Shown here: positions 45,029 to 55,303 of the stretch, one piece after another
Layout: the number at the start of each line of letters is the position of its first letter
How positions within the stretch are numbered: position 1 is the first letter of the stretch
Source of the DNA: a virus
Taxonomy: Duplodnaviria; Heunggongvirae; Uroviricota; Caudoviricetes
Direction: 5' to 3' (one strand)
IMG/VR virus record: IMGVR_UViG_3300006052_000001
Length of the DNA: 64,000 bases
The notes under the pieces: model-generated
The model's database searches: none
What the model saw: only the letters and a program-made list of their open reading frames with translations
Told to the model about the DNA's origin: nothing
Program-made: the position numbers and the translations under genes

Positions 45029-45436
45029 ATGACAGGAACAGCACAAAGCGGAGCGCAAGACGCTCTTAGCGCAATGGTGGGATCAGGTGTCTCATCTGGT
45101 ACATATTACTTTGCTCTCCTAACTGCTGATCCTACTGGTTTAACTACAGTCGCAGCGCTAACAGAAGTAACGACTTCTGGTTACGCAAGAGTAGCAGCAG
45201 CTTGGGGAAGCCCAACTGCTGCATATCCTTCGGTAATTGCAAACAGCGGTACAATTACGTTCGGTCCAATGACATCAAATATGCTTCTACCCGCGCAGTG
45301 GATTGCGCTAGTAACCTCTTCATCTGGTACGGGTGGTTCGCTCAAATATACTTGGACATTAAATGCGCCACAGCAAGTAGCGAGTACGCAATCAATCGTT
45401 ATCGCTGCTGGGGCACTAACAATCACGCAAAACTAA
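45029..45436 (+). CDS. structural protein
   Basis: 135-aa ORF. Confidence 0.45.
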   Translation: MTGTAQSGAQDALSAMVGSGVSSGTYYFALLTADPTGLTTVAALTEVTTSGYARVAAAWGSPTAAYPSVIANSGTITFGPMTSNMLLPAQWIALVTSSSGTGGSLKYTWTLNAPQQVASTQSIVIAAGALTITQN

Positions 45437-45445
45437 GGAACTATT

Positions 45446-46021
45446 ATGACCGCGATTGTTTCTACAGATATTCTGTATTACTTAGCAGCACCAGGCGCTT
45501 CAGCAGGTTTTACGACTACAGGAACCGCAGGTAACTCCTGGGGTAACTTTATCTCAACCACTCAGGTATCCGCCACTCCGCTAGACAACCTATTCCTAGA
45601 CATCACAGGTGCCCAGAACGCCGCGAGTCAGGTAGACTACGCATGTGTTTTCATTCTGAATAACACATCGAGTGGTAACTCAATGCTTAACACTGTAGCC
45701 TGGCTACCCCTTTCGCTCTACGTTGCGGGTGGCGCTACTGTACAGCTAGCCGCTGATCCAACAGCAGCAAGCGCAAAAGCTTCAGGAACACAGCAGGCCG
45801 TGAAAATTACGGCTGGTACTAATGCTCCTGCTGGTGTATCTGGCTGGGTTTCTCCTACAAGCACAGCACCGTCTTACCCTTCATACACTAACGGTATCCA
45901 GCTTGGTACAATTGCACCAGGATACTGCAAGGCAGTTTGGGTAAAGCGCTCAGCAGCTAACACCGCTCCTGTCAACAACGATGGATTCACTATCGAAGTT
46001 GACTTCGATACACAAGGCTAA
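45446..46021 (+). CDS. structural protein
   Basis: 191-aa ORF. Confidence 0.45.
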   Translation: MTAIVSTDILYYLAAPGASAGFTTTGTAGNSWGNFISTTQVSATPLDNLFLDITGAQNAASQVDYACVFILNNTSSGNSMLNTVAWLPLSLYVAGGATVQLAADPTAASAKASGTQQAVKITAGTNAPAGVSGWVSPTSTAPSYPSYTNGIQLGTIAPGYCKAVWVKRSAANTAPVNNDGFTIEVDFDTQG

Positions 46022-46031
46022 GGTTTAACCA

Positions 46032-47690
46032 ATGGCTCAGAACAGATATTATAGCTCTGTTGCATTTCCTACTTACCTGACTTCAGCGCTTGGTGCTTCT
46101 GGAAATCCGCAGGTAGCGAGCATCGCAGGACTACCATCTTCGTACCCTTACACAATGCTAATTGACTGGGGACTTTCTACTCAGGAAGCTATCTCAGTTA
46201 CATCAGCACCTACAGGTACAGGTCCGTACACACTTCCTTGCACAAGAGGTATTGACGGAAGCACTGCACAGTCTCACAGCCAGAATGCCGTTGTTGTTCA
46301 TGGAGTAACAGCAGAAGACTACAACGAGCCACAGGTTCACATTTCTACTGGTACTTCGGGTGCGAGCTACCCTAACGTTATCCACGGACTTGCAAACGGT
46401 AGTGCTGTTGTAGGAACAACAGACACACAGACTCTTTCAAACAAGACTCTGGCTGGTGCTACTCTTACCGGCGCGATTACAATTTCCGCTAGCGCAACTG
46501 GCGGTCTATTAGAGACTGTAACTAACACTCACTCAACACCTACTGCTCCTAACATCAAGTGGGTTGCTAATGCCTCTGCTGATCTTCAGCTAGGTATTTT
46601 TGTTTCTGGTGATACAGTTAACAGATTCCAGTCTGACTCTAATGGTAAGCTTCAGTGGGGTGCTGGTGGTGCTTCAGCAGTTGACGCTAACTTCTACCGT
46701 AGCAGCGCAGGAACACTGAAGACTGACACAGCTTTCACAGTTGGAACTACTCTTACAACAGCTACAGAAGTTATTTCTAGTGGTCAGGCTGCTGGTGCTC
46801 TTATGCAGATAACCAATACAACTTCTGCCCCATCCGCTCCTAATGTGCAGTACGTAGCAAATGCGGCGGCTGATGCAACTACTGGTATCAAGGTAACAGG
46901 TGATACTCAGTTCAGACTTACTGTTGACTCTAACGGTAAGATGTCCTGGTCTTCTGGTTCAGCCGTTTCTGACGTTAACCTTTACCGTAGCGCAGCGAAC
47001 ATTATTTCTACTGACAACTCTTTCACTGCTACAACAGGTATGCAGGTTGGTGGAACTACAACTACTTACGGATCAGGCTCAGGTGGTATTCTTGGTATCA
47101 CTAACGCTTCTACTCCACCTTCAGCAGCGTCTATCTCTGGTGGTCTAGCAGTATTCGCCCAGAGTGGTTTGCTTCGTTACATGAACGCAAATGGTCTATC
47201 TCAGGTTATTACAGGATCACAGCTTGGCGGTACTGTAACGTATGCTAATGCTACAGCAGAAACAGCACTGGCAACTCTTACCGTTCCGGCTAACGATCCT
47301 ATTGCTGGTGCTGTGTACTTTATGCAGGGTTTCGGCGTTGTAAGTACAACAGGTTCTCCTACTCTGACCTGGAAGACAAGATGGGGTGGTACATCAGGTA
47401 CTTCCCTAGCTACAACAGCAGCGCTTACTCAGGGTACTGGTGTAACAACATTGCCATTCTTCTTCACAATACAGGTTCTATTCACAAGCACAACTCAGTG
47501 CATTGCTTCAATGAATCTTGGCTACTTTACAGCAGCGGGTACAGTACCTACAATCAACTACCAGCAGGGTACGGCGGTTTCTACTGTTACAACTAACGCC
47601 AGCGAAGCGCTTGTATTCACAGGTACTTGGTCAGCAGCAAGCTCATCCAACACACTAACTACATGGTATTCAGCAGAACGTATCTCATAA
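46032..47690 (+). CDS. tail fibre-like protein (N-terminal domain shared with 50244..52472)
   Basis: 552 aa; N-terminal 110 aa (MAQNRYY...LPSSYPYTML...GPYTLPC) repeats in the tailspike. Confidence 0.5.
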   Translation: MAQNRYYSSVAFPTYLTSALGASGNPQVASIAGLPSSYPYTMLIDWGLSTQEAISVTSAPTGTGPYTLPCTRGIDGSTAQSHSQNAVVVHGVTAEDYNEPQVHISTGTSGASYPNVIHGLANGSAVVGTTDTQTLSNKTLAGATLTGAITISASATGGLLETVTNTHSTPTAPNIKWVANASADLQLGIFVSGDTVNRFQSDSNGKLQWGAGGASAVDANFYRSSAGTLKTDTAFTVGTTLTTATEVISSGQAAGALMQITNTTSAPSAPNVQYVANAAADATTGIKVTGDTQFRLTVDSNGKMSWSSGSAVSDVNLYRSAANIISTDNSFTATTGMQVGGTTTTYGSGSGGILGITNASTPPSAASISGGLAVFAQSGLLRYMNANGLSQVITGSQLGGTVTYANATAETALATLTVPANDPIAGAVYFMQGFGVVSTTGSPTLTWKTRWGGTSGTSLATTAALTQGTGVTTLPFFFTIQVLFTSTTQCIASMNLGYFTAAGTVPTINYQQGTAVSTVTTNASEALVFTGTWSAASSSNTLTTWYSAERIS

Positions 47691-47700
47691 AGGAGACACA

Positions 47701-47907
47701 ATGGAAGTAACACCGGAAGAACTATTAGAGCAGTCAAAGACATCAGCACTTGAAGCAGCACTTTACAAAAGCAGAGCGCAGAAGGCATCAGGATTCTACA
47801 AGGCTCTTTACGAAAAAGTAAAGCACGCTTCTGAAGACGCCAAGACAGATGCACAGAAAAAGCATTTCGAGTTTCTAAGTAATTTCCCCGAGACAATAGA
47901 AGTTTAA
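47701..47907 (+). CDS. small helical protein
   Basis: 68-aa ORF. Confidence 0.4.
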   Translation: MEVTPEELLEQSKTSALEAALYKSRAQKASGFYKALYEKVKHASEDAKTDAQKKHFEFLSNFPETIEV

Positions 47908-47941
47908 GGGCCACAGACATTTGCCAGGATAGGAGACTAAT

Positions 47942-49423
47942 ATGAGCGTCACATTAGTCTACTCTCCTGGCATTTCTGCGCCTATAGTAATGCCGATTGA
48001 CGATGCGTTCATTGCTACGTCATCTGTACTACCGGCAACCTGGAATATTCTAACCAGAGTATCGAGCCAATCTTCTTACTCATGGAAGATAACACAACAG
48101 CAAGTAACTGCAACTGTGGCTTGTGCGTGGAACACAGAATTCCGCGTTAAGTCTAATACTCTTGGTGCTAGTCAAGCAGGTCTTACTGCTCCTGTTGTTC
48201 ACCCTATAACATGGTCATATAGTTCGGCGCAATTTAGATGGAACGCGGACAAGAGGCTGTTCGTCTACTTCCTTGGTAACGAGGTAGTTCCACAGGATCA
48301 GACAAGTAATCCCGGTCTTAGATTCCCTGTTGACAGACCTCTGCTATGGAGTTACACTACGACAGCTAAGACTGTCGTAGCTAATTGCAGCACGTTCGTC
48401 TGGAACATAACCCAGACTAAAATTTCCCGCAAGTCATTTGGCTGGAATGTACGTTCTCTAGTTCATACATCAAAGCAGGTAGCCTTCAGGGCTTTGCAGA
48501 GAGTGTACTCTCCTGGCAACGTACCAGAGAACTTCTACAACGGTATTGCTCAGGCAATCGTTCACCCTATTGACAACACCAATTACGTAGGTCCAGCTAA
48601 GTACACCTGGAATGTTAATGCCAGACGTTACAGTCAGGAAACTGTAAGATACAACGTCTTGAGTACCAGAGTTTCCCAGAAGGCGTTTGCTTTCAAGACC
48701 CTGTGTACTCATGTTGTAACTCAGGTGGCGGCGACTTGGATGCTACGCAAATCTGTAGTGTCAAGAAAAGCCTCTTCGTGGGCTATGCAGCTTCGTACAT
48801 ACAGGCGTCTAAAGACAGCATGGAATGTCCTTAATCCTGTTGTGTCTCAGAAGGCAGTAGCCTTCAATGTCAGGAATCTAGTACGAGTACTTAAGGTTCC
48901 GACAACAAACTACATGCTGACAATGCCTATCGTACATCCGATAGACGTGTACCAGACAGCTACCATAGAATTCCAGTGGGCAGTAGTAAAGCGCCAATCA
49001 AGTAAGCTAAAGGTTGCTTACAACGTAGCTCTACGTGATCCGGCCCTTATGAAGTCCTCTTGGAACACACTATTCAGGGTAACGATACCAAACCCTGATG
49101 CTATTTACGTGCCTGGTGTTACACAGCCTGTCGTGCATCCAATCACTGAGAAGAGATACAACTGGGGTCCGAGGTTTACCTGGAATCTTGGTGTTACTCA
49201 CGTAGTAACACAGCAGCAGTTCGCTTACAACGCTCTGAATAAAGTAGTTACAAAGAAGGCTTGCAAGTGGAATACAAGCCAGAGATACCCAACCTATGCC
49301 GCTGTTTCTTTCAATACTCTTATGTCAGTCGTATCTCAGGATACAATGGACTGGAATGTTGGTCAGGCTTTGCCGCAGTATATAAGACAGACAGCTATGG
49401 CCCGCGAAGATTTTGCCTACTGA
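47942..49423 (+). CDS. repetitive structural protein (about 20 tandem WNV..RV.SQKA.AF repeats)
   Basis: 493 aa. Confidence 0.5.
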   Translation: MSVTLVYSPGISAPIVMPIDDAFIATSSVLPATWNILTRVSSQSSYSWKITQQQVTATVACAWNTEFRVKSNTLGASQAGLTAPVVHPITWSYSSAQFRWNADKRLFVYFLGNEVVPQDQTSNPGLRFPVDRPLLWSYTTTAKTVVANCSTFVWNITQTKISRKSFGWNVRSLVHTSKQVAFRALQRVYSPGNVPENFYNGIAQAIVHPIDNTNYVGPAKYTWNVNARRYSQETVRYNVLSTRVSQKAFAFKTLCTHVVTQVAATWMLRKSVVSRKASSWAMQLRTYRRLKTAWNVLNPVVSQKAVAFNVRNLVRVLKVPTTNYMLTMPIVHPIDVYQTATIEFQWAVVKRQSSKLKVAYNVALRDPALMKSSWNTLFRVTIPNPDAIYVPGVTQPVVHPITEKRYNWGPRFTWNLGVTHVVTQQQFAYNALNKVVTKKACKWNTSQRYPTYAAVSFNTLMSVVSQDTMDWNVGQALPQYIRQTAMAREDFAY

Positions 49424-49431
49424 GGATACTT

Positions 49432-50244
49432 ATGTTAATTACCGATGCTATTTCAAGAGTTAGAGCAGAGATTGGTGACCCACTACAGCCGTTCCTGACT
49501 AACTCTCTTGGTGATGGACTGACTTCTCTATATGATCTTCCTAAGCAGAATCTAGATGCTAGCACTATAACGGCTACTATAGTAAATGGCGCTACGACAA
49601 CATTACTGAATTCTCAGACAGACTACGTTCTAAATACGGAACTGGGATTCATTCAGCTAACTAATCCTGTACCTAACGGAGCTAACCTTATCATTCAGGG
49701 CATGGCTTGGGCGCTATTTACAGATGAGGAACTTGAAACTTACATCAATGACTCTGTGAATCAGCACTGTTATAACCAGTTCATAGAAATTCGCAGCCAT
49801 GACAAGCGCGGATTTATTATGTACCGGGAAGTTCCTAAGAACCTGGACAATCTGCCAAGTATTGAAGAGCCTCTTATTGTAATGCTTAGTACGTACAATG
49901 TTCTTTGGGTTCTAGCTAACGACGCTGCTACTGACGCTAACATTCAAACGGCTGAGGGTACGAATATAGATCGTGTATCTAGGTATCGTCAGTTGATGGA
50001 CCACATTATGATGCTTGAAGACAGGTATCAGCGTTACTGTGGTCAGCTAAATGTTGGCGCTTTCAGGATTGAAACACTTAAGCTTCGTCGCGTATCTCGT
50101 ACAACAGGCAGACTTGTTCCGCTATTCAAAGAGCGCGAGTACGACGATCACGCTTGGCCGTTGCGTGAACTGCCACAGATTGACAGGCACAACGCGGACG
50201 GTAGCGGTATACCTTCACCACTTTGGAATGCGAGCGGTTACTAA
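49432..50244 (+). CDS. structural/assembly protein
   Basis: GAGGA RBS; internal start of ORF 49261..50244. Confidence 0.45.
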   Translation: MLITDAISRVRAEIGDPLQPFLTNSLGDGLTSLYDLPKQNLDASTITATIVNGATTTLLNSQTDYVLNTELGFIQLTNPVPNGANLIIQGMAWALFTDEELETYINDSVNQHCYNQFIEIRSHDKRGFIMYREVPKNLDNLPSIEEPLIVMLSTYNVLWVLANDAATDANIQTAEGTNIDRVSRYRQLMDHIMMLEDRYQRYCGQLNVGAFRIETLKLRRVSRTTGRLVPLFKEREYDDHAWPLRELPQIDRHNADGSGIPSPLWNASGY

Positions 50245-52472
50245 TGGCCCCAAACAGATATTACGGAACAGGTGTTCCGGCAACTACTCTGTATCAGAAT
50301 CTTGGTTCAACAGGAAATCCTGTTATCCCTGCTTCTTACAATATTGCACAACTTCCTTCTAGCTATCCTTACACGATGCTGCTGGACTGGAATGTTACAA
50401 ACTCATACGAGGTAATCACTGTAACTGGTCCTCCTACTGGTGGCGGTCCTTACACACTGCCATGTTTGCGCGGGCAAGATGGTACTACTGCTGTGTCTCA
50501 CACTGCTGGTGCTGTAGTTAATCATGGAGTTTCGGCTAGAGATTTTCAGGAGCCGCAGAATCATCTAGGCGCTTCCTCTGCTGTTCACGGTTTAGCTGGC
50601 ACAGTTGTTGGCACAACCGATACTCAGACACTAACTAACAAGACTTTCACTAACAGCAATTTCGCCGGGGTTAATAACGTTTTCCCTGGTGTTAGCTGGG
50701 TTAATGTAGTAACACAGTATGGTGCTGATCCAACAGGAGCTACAGACTCAACAGCAGCTATTCAGGCCGCGCTTAATGCTACTCCCCTTGGCGGAATTAC
50801 ATACGTTCCTGCTGGTAAGTATGCAGTTAACTCTCAGATTACTATTCCAAAGGGCGTTACTCTAAGAGGCGACCAGTCCTATCGTGCAGCGGCTAACTCT
50901 AACTCTTACATCAGGCCAAGTGCTACCTTTGCTGGTGCATCTGTTTTCACTTTCATTGCTGGTACTCCATCAGGTGCTATCGAAAATCTAGTTATTGACG
51001 GTACGAATCTCCCTGGTGGAAATACTGTTGACGGTATTGATATTACAGGTGGTGCAAAGTTCTGGCAGCTTATCGGCCTACAGGTAAGAAACTTCGGCGG
51101 ATACGGAATCTATATCTATGCATCGGGTGGTAATCCTGATGGTGGATATATGCGTGATCTATCTGTGTCAGGTAACACACTAGATGGTATCTACTGGTCA
51201 TACTGTGTTGATGGTTATGCAACCTCTCTTCACGTTGACGGTAATGGTGCATCTGGTATTCACCTTGGCAATATGAACAACACCATTCTCGTTGGTTGCA
51301 AGGCCCAGCAGAACACCAACCACGGTTACTATATGACGGGTTCATCTGACAAGGCTAACGGGGCATTCATTGGCTGTGACTCAGAAAACAACAGCCAGAA
51401 CGGATTTAGTATATCTGGCGTTGGCAACGCTGGTGCCTTGTCATTCGTGGGTTGCTCAACAAGAGACGATGGTGTGTCTGGTACGAGCGGTTCTGGGTTC
51501 ATTGGATTCAACATAGCTAACACATCTATTGACATCCTAATGACAGGCTGCTCTAACTACATCACAGCTTCTACTGCTGGACCTGACTATGGACTTAATC
51601 TTACAAACGTTACAGGATCGGTTGCTGTTAGTGCCTGTACTTTCATCGGAAGCGTAGCAGCTTACCACAGCGGAGGCGGAAACTCTCACGTTAATTTTGA
51701 TTCGACAACAATTTTTGCAACTGGTCAGTCAGATGCTACCAGGACAGTACAGACTAACTTGTATCTTCCAACTGTAAGTGCTACCTCTGTAGCTACAGGT
51801 ACATCTGGTGATGCGTACCCTAGAGTTAACGTAGACAACACAGGAAAGATTAACTTCGGCTCAGGTGCTATTGCTACAGATACAGACTTGTATCGCGGTG
51901 GCGCGGGCATCTTGACAACAGATAGCTCACTTGATGTTATAGGTCACTCTCTAGGTATCGCCACTCCTAGAGATTTCGGGCTTATCGCGTGGGCGTTCGA
52001 CCCTGTTGGTATCAGCGCTAACCAGTCTCTAACCAGCGGTACTATTTATCTGTCAGGTTTTTATGTCAGCAGGTCTGTGTCCATCTCTAACATTTTGTGG
52101 GGCCTTAACACTGGTGCTACTGGTGTTACAGCTTCCCAGAACTACATTGGTATCTACAACTCTAGCGGTGTTGTACAAGGTTCACCCATTGGCATCGACT
52201 CAGCTATTACCGGCTCAGGAGTTGTTGTAACTGCAACAGGTGGTATCTCAGTAACTCCTGGTTTCTATTGGATAGGATGGGTTGTAAACGCTACAGGTTC
52301 TCCTGCTCTATCAAGAAGCTCATCATCTAACATTGGTGCTGTTATTAACCTTAACACTTCCAACGCGGCTTCTCGTTTTGCGACTAACAGTGTGTCGCAG
52401 ATTACTCTGCCAACCATTACTACTTCTTCAAACACTAAGACAACATACGGAATCTGGTCGGCGGTGTCATAA
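50244..52472 (+). CDS. tailspike with pectate-lyase-like beta-helix (putative depolymerase)
   Basis: GADPTGATDSTAAIQAAL; multiple NxxDGI/GxxLG beta-helix coils; shared N-terminus with 46032. Confidence 0.6.
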   Translation: MAPNRYYGTGVPATTLYQNLGSTGNPVIPASYNIAQLPSSYPYTMLLDWNVTNSYEVITVTGPPTGGGPYTLPCLRGQDGTTAVSHTAGAVVNHGVSARDFQEPQNHLGASSAVHGLAGTVVGTTDTQTLTNKTFTNSNFAGVNNVFPGVSWVNVVTQYGADPTGATDSTAAIQAALNATPLGGITYVPAGKYAVNSQITIPKGVTLRGDQSYRAAANSNSYIRPSATFAGASVFTFIAGTPSGAIENLVIDGTNLPGGNTVDGIDITGGAKFWQLIGLQVRNFGGYGIYIYASGGNPDGGYMRDLSVSGNTLDGIYWSYCVDGYATSLHVDGNGASGIHLGNMNNTILVGCKAQQNTNHGYYMTGSSDKANGAFIGCDSENNSQNGFSISGVGNAGALSFVGCSTRDDGVSGTSGSGFIGFNIANTSIDILMTGCSNYITASTAGPDYGLNLTNVTGSVAVSACTFIGSVAAYHSGGGNSHVNFDSTTIFATGQSDATRTVQTNLYLPTVSATSVATGTSGDAYPRVNVDNTGKINFGSGAIATDTDLYRGGAGILTTDSSLDVIGHSLGIATPRDFGLIAWAFDPVGISANQSLTSGTIYLSGFYVSRSVSISNILWGLNTGATGVTASQNYIGIYNSSGVVQGSPIGIDSAITGSGVVVTATGGISVTPGFYWIGWVVNATGSPALSRSSSSNIGAVINLNTSNAASRFATNSVSQITLPTITTSSNTKTTYGIWSAVS

Positions 52473-52775
52473 ATGCCAGCTAAGGATATGCTGAGTGACA
52501 TTCAGTTTCACTACGAAAATGCCGGTGGAATAGCTAGTATAGAAGCTCATCATCCCGAACATGGATTGGTCGGTCACCTATACTGGAATACAAATCCTAA
52601 CTACAAAGGTGCGCCTATGCACTCTGTTACTAGTGTTGCTGTATCTCATCCACGTCAGGGAATAGCTACAGCCATGTGGCAAGAAGCTAAGAAGATAGAG
52701 CCGAACATTCAGCACGCCCCACCGAGCCAGAGAACCGCACAGGGTAAGAAATGGGTTAAGGCGGTTGGGGACTAA
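52473..52775 (+). CDS. GNAT-motif mini-protein (copy 1)
   Basis: 100 aa; HPRQGIATAMW resembles the GNAT acetyl-CoA motif; paralog of next ORF. Confidence 0.4.
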   Translation: MPAKDMLSDIQFHYENAGGIASIEAHHPEHGLVGHLYWNTNPNYKGAPMHSVTSVAVSHPRQGIATAMWQEAKKIEPNIQHAPPSQRTAQGKKWVKAVGD

Positions 52776-53083
52776 TGGCAGCTTCAGACCACCTTAGTCC
52801 TTACCAATTCGAAGAAATTCCTGGCTCAATGTTTAGTTCAGTGCTAGCTAAACATGATGGCAAAAACATAGGCAATTTAATGTGGAGAACAAGTAGTTAC
52901 GAGATAAAGTCAAAGCCAGAGGATCAGGGTAGGGTTTTCGACGTATCTGTTGATTCGGACCACCAGAGAAAAGGTGTTGCCTCAGAGATGTGGAGAAAAG
53001 CTAAGCAAATAGACCCTGGTATCCACCACTCTAGTAATCAAACATCAGCAGGAAAAGCTTGGGCTAAGAAGGTTGGAGACTAA
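52775..53083 (+). CDS. GNAT-motif mini-protein (copy 2)
   Basis: 102 aa; HQRKGVASEMW; same C-terminal KKVGD. Confidence 0.4.
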   Translation: MAASDHLSPYQFEEIPGSMFSSVLAKHDGKNIGNLMWRTSSYEIKSKPEDQGRVFDVSVDSDHQRKGVASEMWRKAKQIDPGIHHSSNQTSAGKAWAKKVGD

Positions 53084-53610
53084 TGGGAAGACTGGACTGG
53101 AAGCGTGGCAGATGGTCAGCCGATCAGGAAACTGATCGTATGTTTAAAGCCATGCGGGGATGGCGTGATGTTTCTGGTGACTGGATAGACTACTATAGAT
53201 TTGATCAGGCATCTACTATTCTTGACCCCATTTACGATGAAGCTATTGGTTCGGGTAGAATTTATAAGCCTGCTGTTAGAGTACCTTGTATGCACGTACA
53301 AGACATTAAAGGCGAGAACGAGAACACTGACACAGGTTTCTACTACAACGATACACTGGTAGCAACCATAGCGTTCGATCAGTTCACAGGAGTTGGCATG
53401 AGCCATGCTGACATCCTTACCGGAAATTATCTTAACGATAGATTGTACTACGACCAGCGAATTTTCCGCGTAGTACAGCTATCTATTAGAGGGCAAATTC
53501 AGCAAAGAGATATTATAGTTGGTCTGGACGCAACACAGATGAAGCCAGATGAACTAGTAGACGACCAATTATTCGCTCAGTGGAGCGAAGGAAATGTGAA
53601 ATACAGATGA
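53083..53610 (+). CDS. hypothetical protein
   Basis: 175-aa ORF, ATGA overlap. Confidence 0.45.
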   Translation: MGRLDWKRGRWSADQETDRMFKAMRGWRDVSGDWIDYYRFDQASTILDPIYDEAIGSGRIYKPAVRVPCMHVQDIKGENENTDTGFYYNDTLVATIAFDQFTGVGMSHADILTGNYLNDRLYYDQRIFRVVQLSIRGQIQQRDIIVGLDATQMKPDELVDDQLFAQWSEGNVKYR

Positions 53611-55034
53611 CAGTTCCTACACTGCCAGTTGACGGACAGACAGCATGGGGAGACGAGCTTAATGCTGGTATCCTTACTGTTAATACTACTGCTAACAACG
53701 CTGCTTCAGCGGCAGCAAACCACGCAGCTAACGTGCCCGCTGATCCTCATGGAGACAGAGCTTACTCACTATCTCTTGTTTCTCCAATCACAACAGGAGT
53801 AAACGCGGCTAATGGATATGTTAAGCTGGACAACCACGGACACCTTGCAGGCTCAATGGTTTATGCTCTAGGTGGTTCTTTCACTAACGTATATGATGCT
53901 GTTGCTAATTACGGTGCTGTTCCCAACACAGGAGCAGACCAGACAGCAGCTATTCAGTCAGCCCTTACAGCATGTAGTTCCGCTGGTGGTGGAGTTGTGT
54001 GGCTTGGCGCTGGTACATTCTCACTAGCTGGATACCTAGTTATTGGTAGCAATACAATGCTGCTTATGTCTGAGGGAACTGTACTGAGCAGAATTTCTGG
54101 TTCTCCAACACCGCCTTATCTTATCAGCAACGTGCAATTTGGGACATCAAATACTCCATCCACAAACGTTAAAATTGTTGGCGGAAAGCTGGACGCTATC
54201 GGAGCTAGCAACCTTACAACTGCTTGCACTCCTATCTTCCTTATCCAGTCTGGTAAGACAGTAATCGAAGATGTCATCATCAACAACGTATTTAATAATC
54301 CGGCTATCGAGCTAAATGGTGTACCACAGGCTTACCTGGCTAACCTAGATCTAACTGGTAAAGGTTCGGCTGTTACACAGGCTACAGTTCCTAGCATCAG
54401 AGTTAACGTATCTAACACGCACACAACTCCAACAGGTCTTGCTGGTGGTATCTATAACAACGCTACTACTAACAACGTAGTTGTAGTAGGATGCCGCTGG
54501 ACAGGTAGTACAACATTCGCTAACTGGGGTAGCTTCCTGGCTATGGATATGACTTACGGTGGTGCTACTTGCTCTAACATATCAGTTATCGGCTGCGAGA
54601 CAACTATGCCAGCGAACAACGGAATCCCTCTTCCTTCTGCTAACATATCAACATTCTCAAATGCTGGTTGCATATTTGCTGATTATCCGGGTCTAGAGTG
54701 GTCGCCAATTACTCTTAGTGGTCCTACAGGTTGGAGTAATTCCGGTTTCGGTCCAAACTTCCAGTACAGAATTGTCAATAGTAACACCCTTGAAGTTATC
54801 GGTGATCTGAGTGCGGGTACTATAACAGACGGTACGCCTATTAACTTCGTTGGCATTCCATTCTACTCAAAGAGCCCACAAACTCTCAGCATAACTCTGC
54901 CTAATGCTTCTAGTAGTGCGCCACAGGCAAGAATTTACTGGAATGGAAGCGGCACGTTCTCTATCGCCGGCATTTCGGCTCTAACAGGTACTCCAAGAGT
55001 TTCTGTTCACGGTTTCATAAGCCTAGACGCCTAG
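53607..55034 (+). CDS. second tailspike with pectate-lyase-like beta-helix
   Basis: ANYGAVPNTGADQTAAIQSAL...GGGVVWLGAGTF; internal start of ORF 53580..55034. Confidence 0.6.
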   Translation: MTVPTLPVDGQTAWGDELNAGILTVNTTANNAASAAANHAANVPADPHGDRAYSLSLVSPITTGVNAANGYVKLDNHGHLAGSMVYALGGSFTNVYDAVANYGAVPNTGADQTAAIQSALTACSSAGGGVVWLGAGTFSLAGYLVIGSNTMLLMSEGTVLSRISGSPTPPYLISNVQFGTSNTPSTNVKIVGGKLDAIGASNLTTACTPIFLIQSGKTVIEDVIINNVFNNPAIELNGVPQAYLANLDLTGKGSAVTQATVPSIRVNVSNTHTTPTGLAGGIYNNATTNNVVVVGCRWTGSTTFANWGSFLAMDMTYGGATCSNISVIGCETTMPANNGIPLPSANISTFSNAGCIFADYPGLEWSPITLSGPTGWSNSGFGPNFQYRIVNSNTLEVIGDLSAGTITDGTPINFVGIPFYSKSPQTLSITLPNASSSAPQARIYWNGSGTFSIAGISALTGTPRVSVHGFISLDA

Positions 55035-55120
55035 TGTGATAGAATGTTCTTATGATTTCCAAGCGAGAAATCATCTTGTTTTGCGCTTTACTTTTTGCTA
55101 CTTAGATTCTGAGGTTTCGC

Positions 55121-55303
55121 ATGTCCGAATATGCTAACGCTCCTGGCGTAACGATAGACCAGGGACGTATTTCAGATTTCCTGTCTGGTGTTTACGACAC
55201 CAAGCAAGCGAGTAAAGCAAAAGCGGGGAGGGATGCTGTCAAGATTGTGCTAGCTTTAACTGCTTACGAGATGTATAAGCGCGGCAAGAAGGGCAAGAAG
55301 TAA
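55121..55303 (+). CDS. small hypothetical protein
   Basis: 60-aa ORF. Confidence 0.4.
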   Translation: MSEYANAPGVTIDQGRISDFLSGVYDTKQASKAKAGRDAVKIVLALTAYEMYKRGKKGKK

